This document shows, in pieces, positions 12,701 through 26,900 of a stretch of DNA of 64,000 nt; the stretch's first letter is position 1, and each line of letters begins with the position of its first letter. The translations under genes were made by a program, and so were the position numbers. This stretch comes from Geosiphon pyriformis uo1 (taxonomy: Eukaryota; Fungi; Glomeromycota): positions 378,757-442,756 of the forward strand of contig JAAOMT010000134.1 of assembly GCA_016748015.1 (NCBI GenBank), written 5' to 3'. The notes beneath the pieces are model-generated. The model saw only the letters and a program-made list of their open reading frames with translations, did no database searches and was not told where the DNA came from.

Positions 12701-14037
12701 ACCCAATTGTTCAAGAAGAAATTATTTCAACAGAAACAAAAGAACATAAAACAACAATCAAAATATTTTATCAACCATCAAAATATACTTTACAAGAAAT
12801 TCAGATCAACCAATTAGAGTAATTATTGAACCAAAGAAAGAGACAGTACTATTTAACATATATTCAAATCCAACAGCAAGACATTTTTATAAAAAAGCAA
12901 CCATAGAAAGAACCAGAAAAAGATACTATTGGCCATCAATGTATTCAGATATTATTCAATACATTCAAAGTTGTGATGCTTGTCAAAAAAGAGGTGGAAC
13001 CAAACTCAATAAATTATTAAGACCAATCAAAGTGGGACAACCATTTAACCATATCAGAATCAACTTAGTTGGACTATTAATAATCATCAACAAAGACAAC
13101 AGATATATTGCAGTAGCCATGGACTATCTCACAAAATGGCCAGAAGCAAAAGCCATTCAAAGAGCAGATGCAGAATCCATTGCCGAATTCATTTATCAAG
13201 ACTTAATATGTTGACACGAATGCCCAAAAGAATTACTATTAGATCAAGGAACTCACTTTGTAAACAAAACATTAACAGAACTAAGTCAAAGATTTAGAAT
13301 TAAAAGACCATTGTCATTACCATACCATCCACAAACCAATGGATTAGTTGAAAGATTTAATAGAACACTGTATAAAGCAATTGCCAAGATCAGTCAAGAA
13401 AACCAGGACAAATGGAACTTGTTTATACCATCAGTATTATTTGCTTATTGGACAATAAAGCAAGACACTACACAAGTAACACTATTTAAATTAGTATATA
13501 GTAGAACAACAACATTACCAATTGAAATAGAAGCCAATACTTATCCAACAGAACCAATAAATAAAGACAATTTTCAGGAAATGTTACTAAAAAGAACATA
13601 TAACTTAATGGAAACACTAAAAAACAAATGGCAAAGAGCAGCTGATAACATCCAAAAGTCACAAAAAAAACAAAAAAAAAGACATGATAACCAACTACTA
13701 GAGAAACCAGTTGGATTCAAGATTGGAAACAAAGTACTTTTACATCATACCAAAGTGGAAAAACAATGGAGTAGAAAATTTGACCCCAAATAGGATGGAC
13801 CATTTCACATTAAAAAAATTCTTGGAAATGGAGCTTATAAATTAAGATGAGACAACAAAATCTTAGCCAAAGCAGCACATAGTGATTGACTGAAACCATA
13901 TTACCATATAGTGTCACCATCCACCAATAATATTCCACAATTGAGAGTACAAAGAATACTAGTTTAACCAGATGAGATTTCACAAGATCTGGAACCAATC
14001 ATAATTATTAAACCAAACACATAAAAGTTGAACAATA
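6800..14037 (+). pseudogene. Gypsy copy 2 gag-pol (gag, protease, Cys-rich domain, dUTPase, truncated RT, RNase H, integrase)
   Basis: ORF fragments 8248-8445, 10455-11465 (dUTPase motifs DAEFDL, SRSSLAKKG, IIDTRYVG, IAQAIF, KFGST), 12235-12621, 12939-13214, 13311-13793. Boundaries approximate. Confidence 0.9.
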
Positions 14038-14085
14038 AAGAAAGTATATAAAGACATGGCAGACATGACAAAAGACTTCAGAAAA

Positions 14086-14724
14086 ATAGAAATTACTGAT
14101 GACATCCACTTACTAGCACAACAACTCTTCCAACTGATACAACAACAGAATATAGAAATTATCATTAATCAACAAACTATTAGATACTGAGATACTAGAA
14201 AGACATCCAAATACAAAAGTCAAAAGAAAACAGAAAACACTATTGACAAAATGGTGTTGAAAATAAAATTAGCAATAAAAGAACCAATAAGTATCAACAC
14301 ATATCAAGAGTTGACTAAAGAAACTTGGAAATGGTAGATACACAAATTTCCAAGGAACTTTTGTTATTTCCACTTAAGAAGACATTTGAATATTCAGAAC
14401 TTATACACAGATAAAACAAAACAATTATTCGACACAATAATACTACAACAACTAGAACAATTTGTGGAAAAAAACAATATAACAACACAAGCAAGAGCCA
14501 TCTATTAATTGCATGCTGGATTCCAAGACAGACCAGAAATTCTACTTAATTCAGAAATGGACTTCATTATAGCTAACCAAATGAGAAAAATAACCAACAC
14601 CTAATTTGAAGAATTACAAAACAAAATAACACAAGTAATTCTTGAAAAAGAAGTTCAAAAAATACTTCAAGAAAAAGAATTAGAGTTAGAAGATTTAAGA
14701 GATCTTGACGGAGCTCAATATTAA
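14086..14724 (+). pseudogene. Extra ORF after integrase in Gypsy copy 2 (start ATG mutated to ATA)
   Basis: Homologous to 3520-4149 (EITDDIHLLAQQLFQLIQ...FQDRPEIL...DGAQY-stop). Confidence 0.72.
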
Positions 14725-14735
14725 AAAGGAGGGAA
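14723..14735 (+). promoter_or_regulatory. Polypurine tract of Gypsy copy 2
   Basis: AAAAAGGAGGGAA immediately upstream of the 3' LTR. Confidence 0.85.
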
Positions 14736-14738
14736 TAA

Positions 14739-15601
14739 TATTACTCATAAAATATAGGAAGTATATTAGCATATAAATTAGCCAATCAGAAATAGCCATA
14801 GTAAATGTGGAATTTCAGGATTTCTCTCAAGAGAAATTGCAAGATTCCAAGAATTTCAGGATTCTTGTACAAGAAATTACAGGATTTTAGAATTCCAGGA
14901 TTTCTCTCAAAAAAAATTGCAGAATTTTAGAAATTCTAGGATTTCTGGTGTGAAGAATTGAAGAATTGAAGAATCTCAATTATGTATATATAGCAGTAAT
15001 ATTAGAAGCAAAAAGAGACAGAATTTTTTAGTTAGAAACCTCCCAGTTTAGATTTGATCTAAGCAACCTTCCACATTACAAATAAATAATTATTTACTAT
15101 CTCAATCTATTCTCTACTATCAACATGAAATGTTGATAGTAATTAATACTTAACCACACTGGAACAATAGCTCTTGATTATGGCTATTGACAGGATATTA
15201 ATTTGCAATCACTTTTACTTGTTTCTTTATTTTCTTTTATTTTCTTTTTATTTCTTTGTTATTTCTTTGGGTTTTACTAAATTGATTAAGGATTAAGCAC
15301 TGAGATACAGATGTCATAGGGACTGATAAAAAACCCATGAAACAAGAGTAAAACACTCATAGATTTAAGGATAGCTTACCAGGAGGATTACCGGCCATCA
15401 TGCTGAAAAAGAAATTTGATAAAACTACGGTTTCAGGAAGCTATGGATAAAACCATCAATTAAATTTCTGTTCATTATACAAAGAACTCTAAACCAAAAC
15501 CTTCAGAAAACACACCTTCAGATATTAACACCACATATCAATCAAGCACCAAGTTACAGGTTTGTTATTTGATTTGAGACCCCAAATAATTATCTGTAAC
15601 A
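14739..15601 (+). repeat. 3' LTR of Gypsy copy 2
   Basis: TATTACTCATAAAATATAGG...TGTAACA; direct repeat of 5924-6751. Confidence 0.95.
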
Positions 15602-17045
15602 ACATTTTTCTTGGCATACAATTTAGCCAGACAAAGGCAATTTTCCTCTGAACTATTTTTTTTAAATGGCTTGAATGGCTTGGAAGTGGATGTAATTGTG
15701 ACATCACACTCCAAAACAGAATGACCAAATTTCCCACAACGTTCACACTGAACCAGATCCATTTTTGTCCAAGAAAGTTTAACACCACCAAATATTGGCT
15801 CAATGCAATAAGCAGACTCCAGATCCTCTTCAGATTCAAAGCCAATTACAGCACAATAGATCCTATTGCCAGTATTAACAGAACAATTGATTACACATGT
15901 TTTTCCACCAGCCCTATCCAAAAGAGTGCCAAGATCATGTGCCATTGTTTCCATTAGTAGAGTAAACAAAAGCACTCTAAACTGATTCCTAAAAGCCCAA
16001 GTTTCATGATCTCCTACAGCTATAGCCACACATACAGAGTTTTTCTTAATGAAAAAAGACTATCTAGATACCAGTTGCTTAGCCTAATCTGAATTAGCAA
16101 ATTCTATCACAGTCTTTTGCCACATGTTAATCAATTAAATTCTGATCGACTTAATATTACCAAATTCAGATACTGCAGCGACGATTATTTCCTTAGGCAT
16201 ATCCATGGAAATTTTTTTTATAACCACAGCCCAATCTGAATGAATACTTTGTTTTTTGAGATTAGTGTTCATGAAAATCCCTTTTTCTCTGGCCAATAAA
16301 GTGGTTATATTTATGCTTTCTTCAAAAGTGAAGATAGATCTGATAACCCCCTCAAATTTTGAGGGAGTAGTGGTCCCCCCAAAACCATTAATAGTTGAAA
16401 AAATTTTTCTAATAATTTGAGTTTTTGCTGTAATTAATTTACCTTTTACTGCCAAAAAATTAATATTCAAAGCAAATAATTTTTTGACTGATACTTCCAC
16501 TGAAGTTTTGATGATCTTCAGGTCTATCTACTTCTTGTCTAGAGAGATAAACAAGTAAGAAGGGAGCATAATTTCATTATTATTCATACTATAATTGGAG
16601 AAACCAAGAGGAGAACCTAGAACAACACTAGTGTTCACTTTTTTTGCCTTAGGAGTATTAGTTGCTGAGCCCAAAAAAAACCCACTGTTTATATCTTCCA
16701 TGGCAATATTGTTTTCACCACTATTGGACTCACTTTTTAAATCTGAATACATGCTGCCAGAACCAGGTTTGTATAAAAAAACGTTTCTTTCACCACCTAA
16801 GTGCTTAACATTATTTAGAACCACTCTCTTTTTCTGGAAAAAAGAGCCACCAGCAGAACTATGAAAAGCACCCTTGGGCACTTTTTTTTTAGACATATCA
16901 CTGCCTGAAGCAGCTTTTAAATCCATGACAAAAGAGTTGTTATTTAAAAAAATATTGAAAAGCTAATAAGAAAAAACAAAAAAACTTCTTTTTCAGAAAA
17001 TGCATTTTTTCGAAGATTTTTGGAAGTAAGAGAGAAAGAAGTTTT
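15602..17045 (-). mobile_element. LINE A, 5' part: 5' UTR plus ORF1 (RRM-like region, CCHC zinc knuckle)
   Basis: ORFs 16528-16926, 16135-16500 and 15565-16029 (CERCGKFGHSVLEC). The frame rejoins 5923 across the Gypsy insertion (AKKNV|LISHPAAFGG). Confidence 0.9.
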
Positions 17046-19050
17046 TTTTAAAATAATATTTTTATAATTTAAATATAAATATTTAAAATTTTTTTATTAA
17101 ATTTAATTTTTTAATATATTAATTTAATTATTATTATTAAATAATTATGTTATTAATTTTAAAAACTATATAATTATAAAAAACTAAATATTTTAGTTTT
17201 AAAAATATTATATATTTATAATATAATATTAAAATATATACATATTAACTAATTTTTTAAGTAAATTTATATTTAAATTATATATTTATATAATAAAAGT
17301 AGTATATAAAAAATTCTGAATAATAATTAAAAAACATTTATATATTAAAGTTTATTCTAATGTTTTGTGTTTATATTATAATAAGATTAAATTTTTAAAT
17401 TATGTTTTTATATATAATAAAAATATAATTATTTAAAAAACTTTATTTGAACTTTATATAATATTTTGGCATTTTTTAATTAACAGTTTTGTATAAAAAT
17501 TTTGTTTTAAAAATTGTTATAAGAAAACATATATTGTTTTTAATAATGTTAAAATTATTATATTAAAATTGATTAATTTTATAAATAGCTTAATTATTAA
17601 GTATTATAATAAATAAATAAAAAACAATTAATTTTTTTTAAATAAAAAATATTTTAATTTTGTTTTTTTACTAAAATCAATTAATAAACAAAAACAGTTT
17701 CAAAAATTTCAAAAAATTTTAAGTAAACAATAATATATTATTATATATTAAAACACAATTTTAATATAAATTAACTTAATTTTTGCAAAAATATTTAAAA
17801 TTTACTTATTTAAAAAAACTTTAATAGTTAATAATTGTTTTTTAAATACTATTAAAAACAATAATAATTTTAAAACAAAAAAATTGATTTTTATTTTATT
17901 AATTTAATTTTTTTAATTATGTAATTTAATATAATTAATTAAAATTATATATATTAAAATATAATTTGTTTTGTTTTTAGAACTAATATAATTAATTAAA
18001 ATTTAAAGTATTTATATATATATAAATTAAAAATTTTATTTATAAAAACGGTTTATGTATTTTTAATATTTTATTAGTTATTTAAACTTAAATTAATAAT
18101 TTATTTTTTAAATCAAATATATTTAATGCTTTAATTTTATTAAAGTATTTAGAAAAAACCAAATTATTTTTAGCAAAATTTTATAATATTTTTAATTTAA
18201 TTTTTATAAAATTTAATATTATTCTTTTATATAGTTTATATATTATATATTTTTTTATAACTAATAACAATTAACTTAAAACTTTAAAATTATATATTTT
18301 TGTTAATAAAATTATTAAAAAATAAAACCAGATATTACTAAAAAAATAAAAGCTTTAATATAAAATATTAAGTTAATAAAACAATTAATTAAAACTTTTG
18401 AAAAAACAAAAACTTAACAAATTGTTTTAAAAAAACAGTATTATAATTAAAAACCAGATAATTTAAACTTTAATATTTATAATAATTTTAATATTTAAAA
18501 GTTTTTTATTAATTTTTTTGGTATAAATATTAATTTTAATAATTATTTTATTATAAGTTTTTTTAAACTTAAAAATAATAATAATAAACTATTAATAACA
18601 ATTAATATTAAAAAAATAACTATCAATTTAAAAAATTAAATTAATTATTATAAAACTAAACTTAAAAAAAATTTGTGCTTTTGGTTAAAAACCAAATTTT
18701 AAAATATAAAAATATTTATTTTAAATAATAATAAAGATTTTTGAATTTTTGTGTAGCTTTAATTATTAATATTAATATAATTAAACATATAAGCTAAGTT
18801 TTAAAAATAACAGACATATTAATTTAATTAAAACTATTATTTAAAAAAATTATCAGTTTTTTGTTTGGGTTTTATGCTAATACTTTTATTAGTGAATAAA
18901 TATTTTAAATTAAAACTGTTAATAACATAATAATCAAAATATTTAATAAGGATACTTTTGTAATTATTAAAGAAAATTTTAATAAATATAATAACAAACA
19001 ATATGCTAATTTTAAAAAATTTAAGAATTTGGGTTAAAAATGAAAAACAT
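17046..19050. other. Extremely AT-rich tract (possible end-stage mutated repeat)
   Basis: Almost no C or G for ~2 kb; no ORF in the track. Confidence 0.6.
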
Positions 19051-19113
19051 GACCAGTAGATAAATATTTATGACATTGTTTAATCAAATATAATTATTTC
19101 AATCAATTGTAGC

Positions 19114-20355
<1,242 letters not shown>

Positions 20356-20471
20356 AACTTTTGAAACAATCAAATTTTCAATTTTATGTTTTCAGATTTA
20401 TATCGTCATCACTTAATCTTAACAGTATTTAAATTTTCAAAAATTGAGAAGCAACTTCTGATAAAAACGGG

Positions 20472-21156
20472 ATGGTTCGAAAATGTAGGTGTAAATGTAA
20501 AACCTTTTGGATATTTTTGAAATTTTAATGCTCATATTCTTTAAATTTGAACCTGTAATCAGATTATTGTGACTACTGCGATAGATCATTCCCAGATAAC
20601 GCGGAAGCTCGTCGTAAACATTTAGATGGGGCACAGCATCAAACTGCTGTTAAATTGCACTATGACTCTTACCGAAGTAAGATTTAAAAAAAAATCAATT
20701 TTAAATTCATAATCTTTTAAAATTACTTTCCTTTTCAAAGATCCTGCAGAGATTTTAGTCGAGAATGCACGCCATCCACCATGTCGTAAATTTCTAGAGA
20801 CTGGCCATTGTCAATTCGGATTAAGCTGTCGGTACTCGCATGTACCACCGGGTATTGACTTCTCAGTCTTTGATCCCAATTGTAAGTGATATTCTCTCAG
20901 ATTAAAAATTGAAACATAAATGTGTTATTTGATTAATTCAAAATGTTGATATTTTTTCCAAAAAGTATACCTATCCCAAAATCCTTATCTTTTAATGCAA
21001 CAGCAACCCCAACTTCAGAAACCTCGACCCCAACCCCAACAACTTCAATTAACACGGTACAAACTTCCACCAGGGTTGCCAAAAGATCTTCCACCTTCCT
21101 TAAGACCACCGCCACCTTCTGGATATGATTTCTCAAACGCTCCTCAATGGGGATGA
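20472..21156 (+). CDS. ZMAT5: Zinc finger matrin-type protein 5 (U11/U12 snRNP 20K) homolog, 4 exons
   Basis: Spliced [30 protein letters not shown] (U1C/matrin finger), CCCH finger CRKFLETGHCQFGLSCRYSH, and C-terminal LPPSLRPPP...WG-stop. Confidence 0.88.
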
Positions 21157-21540
21157 TTTAAGAAAGACAAAACGTAAGTTAATGTTTTAAACTTCCCGAA
21201 AAAAGTGTCAGACTTAATACATACAATTTGATTTCAACTTTTTATAAATAATAAGCTTTTTCAATAGATTATTATTATATTATAAAATGGTTTTCAAGAA
21301 AAAATTTATAATTATTTATGCAATGTTATAAATACAATTATGAAAATTTTACAAAAAACACCAATTTTTATGTTATGAATTTGTAACAAAACTTTTAAAA
21401 TAAGTAGTGTTAATTAATAAGTAAGTAATAATTCAATCAATTTAAGCAAATAAATTAAAACAAAAATATTAAAAAAATCAATATCAAAATAGTTTAAAAG
21501 CTTAAAAAGAAATACTTTTTGTCTTCTTAATTTTATAACC

Positions 21541-23850
21541 ATGACCAGAGCAAAGAATAAAAAGATTGCACCCATTACTTTTTCTATAGTAACTAATAAA
21601 GTTTCTACATAAAAAAGTTTCTTTATTATTAAAGCAGCTAAACATAACATCTTGGCTACATTTTCCTTGAATATTGATAGTGATAGGCTGCCTTTGGTGG
21701 CCATTAAAGCATCTTCCTTATCTTTGACTGGTTTTTTACCAGTCAAAGTTTCTTCAAAGAGACACACTTAAGTTAGTTTTAGTATTGTCTCTACTTCTTT
21801 TAAGAGCCCAAAAATTTTTAATAGTAGACTAGTTAACAAGCTGGTTTTTTCTATTATAGTTTTTACACCTAGTACTATTAGTATTACTTTTTCAAACAAA
21901 ATAATCAAAAAAACCAAAAATTTAAAAAAGTAAGAGCAGTTATTTGTCTCTGCTATTGTTATACTGAACTTTTTTGTAGTTTCAACTAAGATCTTAGATA
22001 AGATCTTTATTGTTTTATTTGGCATATTATCCAAAATAGGCCAAGATCAACTATTGGTTGTGTTGCCAAATATGATGCTTTTTGGCAAATTCTTATTAAT
22101 TTTAAAAGCAAAACAATTATCTTCTATTGAGTCATCTGTTTTTAAGAACTGGGCCAATTAAATAAAAACTGAATTATCTTTTTTGGTTTCTGGTGTTATT
22201 GCTAATAGTATTTGGAAAACTGTTACTAGTTATCAAAAGTTTACTAAGTAAATAATCTTTACTTTAATATTTAGTAATACTTTCAAAATCAAATTGGCTT
22301 ATATTAAGGATGTTTTTTGGTTTATACATAATTTTTTAAGTGTAAAGTCTGTATTAAAAGACAATATAAAGCTTTTTTGTATGGAGTTTGCTTCTTAAAG
22401 TTCTTTAAATGCTGTATTTCTGGTTGAATTCACAAGTTTTATTTGTCTTGTTACTCTTAAAATTGCCAAGTTTTTGGTAATTTCTGAGTTTGGTTCTTTT
22501 TCTGCTATTATTATACTGTATAATGTGCTCTTGGATGTGTTTTTTGTCAATATTAAGTCAGTTTTTGGTGTTTTTGGTGAAGTTTTTCATGTTGTATTAA
22601 AGTTTGCTGGTATTTAACAATACATAATTGTTTATTTTAATGAATTAAATACTGTTATATCTGTTTTTAATTACTAATTAGTATTGGTAGACAAAGATAA
22701 TGTTCGAATTTTTCTTCTTATGAATCAAAAAAAACTATTCTGTTTTGTGATAAGTTTAGAGCCAAGTTAATTAATTTTCTTTCTGGCTGTATTGCTTTTG
22801 AGATTAGTAATATGATTTTTCAAATTGATAGTTAGATTTGTTTTATTCTTTATTTATCTAATTCTGGTTGTTATTTCTAATTTGCTTTGATTACATTTGG
22901 CTTTTAAGTTGATTTGGACTTTGCAGTTGTCAACTGAGAAGATGCCATATTTGGTAAGAAACCTTTGATTGTTAACACTATTTTAGATGCCAAAAGATAG
23001 AACATTTGGTTGCAAACTGTACAGTTTTTTTATCTTCTTTTTCCATAACTCCCAAAATATTTAAATCATGTTTTGTAAATAGTGTTTTTTATATCAAGAC
23101 TTCTGTTCATTCTAATTTTTCGGATTTTTTTTCTTTGGTGGCTTCTGTTTTTCCTTTTGTAATTGTTAATAACTCTTTGTTTTTCTCTTGGCTGGTGTTT
23201 CTGGAATTTGATTTGGTTAAGTTGTCAGCTTTAGTTGAATTAATTGTTAAACCTGTTAGTATATTAGTTATTGTATTTAAACATTTTATTAAAGATGATC
23301 TTATCTCAGACCTGTGTTGGCTTGAGTATAGTATCCCAATAAGCTCCATACAGTTGTTGGATACAAGTGGATGTCGATGTCACTCTTAATTTAAAGATCA
23401 ATAAGCTTATGATTTATCTGGATTTTTTTAGCAAGATAATTGGTAAGTTGGAAAGAGAGGTGGTTTTTTTGAAAAAAAAGTATTACATAAATAATGTTAA
23501 TATGTCTGGTATTTTAGAGTATTTACTTAATGTAAATAATAATGTGTTTTCTAACTTGATGTTTTTTTGAACACACAAATCTGTTAATGTTAAAATAGAT
23601 TCTTTAAAAACAGCTAAATGGCTGGTTAGATTGGTTTTTTATAGTATTATTTTATTTGATATTATTCAAAAGATGTCATCTTTGGATAAGTTTTCTTTTG
23701 TTATATCAATTTAGCATAACCTAAACTGGTTTAAGTAGCTGGTTATATGTAGAAAGTATATAAACTACATTTAACACTGAAATACTTAGTTTGTTTCTAA
23801 TTTTTAGATAGTAATTAAATCTTACTTATTAAATCTAATAAAAAAAAATA
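21541..23850 (+). mobile_element. ORF1-only LINE derivative (HAL1-like architecture), degenerate
   Basis: Frame from ATG 21541 encodes IILYNVLLDV...FGVFGEVFHVVLKFAGI*QYIIVYF...*LVLVDKDNVRI, which aligns with LINE ORF1 VVIKKISMD...SEFGNIKSIRI*LINMWQKTVIEF...SFFIKKNSVCV. Ends ~23714, followed by an A-rich tract ~23838-23848. No ORF2. Confidence 0.7.
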
Positions 23851-23949
23851 GAAATAATTTGATCTAAAAATAAAATAATAAATAATTAATAATTAATAAT
23901 TAATATTAAATAATTAACAAGTAAGGCCCAATTACTATTTAAGACTATA

Positions 23950-26900
23950 GAAACATATAAGCTTTTATATTAAATATGGCTTATGTGTTTTTTCACATGT
24001 GACCAGTCACTTAAGCCAATCAAAACAATACTAAGCACTAAAACTATTAACAATAGAAATGTTATGCAAAAAGCCAAATTGAATACTAATTAAATAAAAA
24101 TACAAACCAAAACAAACATAAATATCCAGCCTAATATCAAAATCAAAAATCATATCATAAAATTACATAGAAGCTAACCCAGACATGGCTGGTATTTTGA
24201 ATTTATTATACAGCAAGAGACTGCATTTTTTTTAAAATAACTTTAACTTGATAGTTAACAATCATATGGCAGATCTATAACCCTTGATAAAACTTCAAAC
24301 CAGCTTAACAACAAAATCAGCACCATTGGAACCACCACCCATAAGTCATATTACATCAATTACCCATATCTTCATTACAAAGTTCTTAACAAATACTATA
24401 TACAATTAATCTAAAAATCCAGCTTCACACAAAGATTAGACCACTATACTATTAATAGTATCAATATCTAACAAATCATTTCAAGTTTTAATAGTCAACA
24501 AAATTAAAATTTCCCTAGTGCCAATATTATAAGCACAAAAAAATATGTGGTTAAAGTTCTCAGCCAATTCATATTAAATATACAGCATGTTAGAATAGCT
24601 TCAATTATACTAATGTTTCCTCTTGGCAATAGATAAATAGTAATAGAAAGCTTTCATAAAATAAGATTGAACCAATATAAAAACAGAGCTGATAAAACCA
24701 GCTCAAAACTGACCATTAGAATGTCACACATGAAATGTCTTATTCACATTAAACAAATTATGCAGTATATTATTCACAATGCTAATTGCACACTTGAAAT
24801 TCCAACCAACAAAATTTATGGCATCAAAAAAACACCTAGTAAAATAATAAACATTCCCAAATACAAGTCTGTTTTTAACAGAAAAAAAGTGGCAAGACAC
24901 ATCAATCAACAATGTAAAATCAGATACAGTAACAGCATTGGTCAAAAAGTTAGCATGCTCATTATTTACAACTCCAGAATGGCTTTTTACCTTATTTTAG
25001 CAAACCAACAATTTCTTAGATATAATAGTTTTGTGGATATACTTCTTTTTAATTTAACATTTATTGCAAAAATCAGGATTTGTTTTTCTCTTAAACAATA
25101 AGCACATGTTTAATAATGTCTGACTGTTTATGAACAAATTAACAGAGCTAAAAGCTAAAATACACTCCAATACAAAAGTAATAACATACATTTCTACCAA
25201 AGTTAAAGAAAACAGGCCATATACTTTAATACCAACACTAGCATCAATGCCCAAAAAATAGACAGCAGTACCACCATGAGTATCTATAGTTCCTAAATCT
25301 TTAACTAAATTATTTATATAAATCATCATACTATCAGATTTACACCTCAAAAAATAATTACCAACAGAATTAAAATTGCTCAAACAATAACCAGGAGCAA
25401 GATAAGAAGCTAAAAAGTAGTCACTAATTAAACTGCCATTCTCAATAAATTTGACTATTAGACTAAACCAACCAGAAACTGGTCCCTTAAGATCCAATCT
25501 CTTCTATTTGCAAAAATTACTTTACATAAAACACGTGTCTTAATAATCCAAAAATTAGTTTGTAAAAATGATACCAAATTTTTTCAAAGCACTTACTATA
25601 TCTAAATAATACTTCAAGCCTAATACATTAGCAATAGCAATGTCATTACCAACTCAAAAAACATTTGGCAAATTAATATTTAATAAGAGTCTACATAATG
25701 TCAGAGTGTTGATTACACTAGTTAGAAAACAGTTTATAAGGTTAATTGACAATGTAATTGAAAAACTAAAAGGTTGTCAGAGCATTCAATTGATAGTCTG
25801 CAAATCCATGGTTCTATGTTTAAAAAATCTGCCAAGAACACCTTTCGAATTGGCAAAATTTGCCAAATTTGCCAGAGTTTTCAGTTAGTATCTGTTTAAA
25901 AGTTTTAAAACCATATAATTTAGGATGAAAAATGGTCTTATTGAAAAAATCTTTAAATAAATTGGCCTTTAGCTTCAGCTTTTTCTTTAGCAACTTGTCA
26001 TATTTTTTACATATACTTATAGAGACATGACTAAATTACAATCTGTAACTAATTATTAGCTGCAAAATAGTAGATATTAAATATAAAAATTGTTTGTTAG
26101 ATACTGCTTTCCTCAAAACTAAATTTACAAAAAACCTAATATTAAACTGAGTTTTAATAAGATTGGATCTCAAAAAACCATTAGTAAACAAAAAAATGTC
26201 TAAGTATCTATGAAATTTGTCTTTTTTGGCAATTAAAATGTAAAAACCACTTATTAACAACTGAGAAATTTTTATTCTTTGATTAATGAATATGATTATT
26301 GTCTTATCCATATTGATTAAAATATTATTAATATGAAAAAACTCACTAGCTAAGTCTAAAATACACTGAATGGTAAACATATTATTTTCAATCCAAATAG
26401 TATTATTCACAAAAACTCCAGCTGCAAGAAAAAAAGTCAAGCCATTTTTTTGATTCTGTCTGCCAGTTTTTGTAAAAAACTTTGAATTCAATCTATATTC
26501 ATATAAACTTTTATGTCTCTTAACTTTACAGAGCAGTAAATTATAAAAAATTCTTTACAACAAAGATGAGAAAACTTCACACTAATTCAGGTTATTATGA
26601 ACAGTGTATTTATTAATAAGCCCAAAATTTGTTATCACATAATTAAACTATTCATTGTATATGATCTCAAAAAACTTAATAAAATAGAAACATATTTTAA
26701 TTTTAACTAAACTGTTTTTTAAATGAAACCAACTAATTGAATTATATGTCTTATATATATTCTGCAGAACCAGTTATAGCTTACAGTCTTTTTTCAATGT
26801 ATCTTTAACAATAAAGCCAACAGCAGATATAAAAGATTAAGTAAATATGCTTTTTAATACTAAAAAGTTATCACCATGTAAAACATTAAACTTACTACAA

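Larger units (their letters stand above)
5924..15601 (+). mobile_element. Ty3/Gypsy LTR retrotransposon copy 2, two LTRs, degenerate, with RT deletion
   Basis: 5' LTR 5924-6751, PBS, gag (YAPIVKL...WYQSL, zinc knuckle CHYCGKQEHLRVDC ~8548-8589), protease (LILDSRS ~9243), Cys-rich insert, dUTPase, RT, RNase H, integrase, extra ORF, PPT, 3' LTR 14739-15601. Degenerate 4-bp TSD. Confidence 0.97.
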
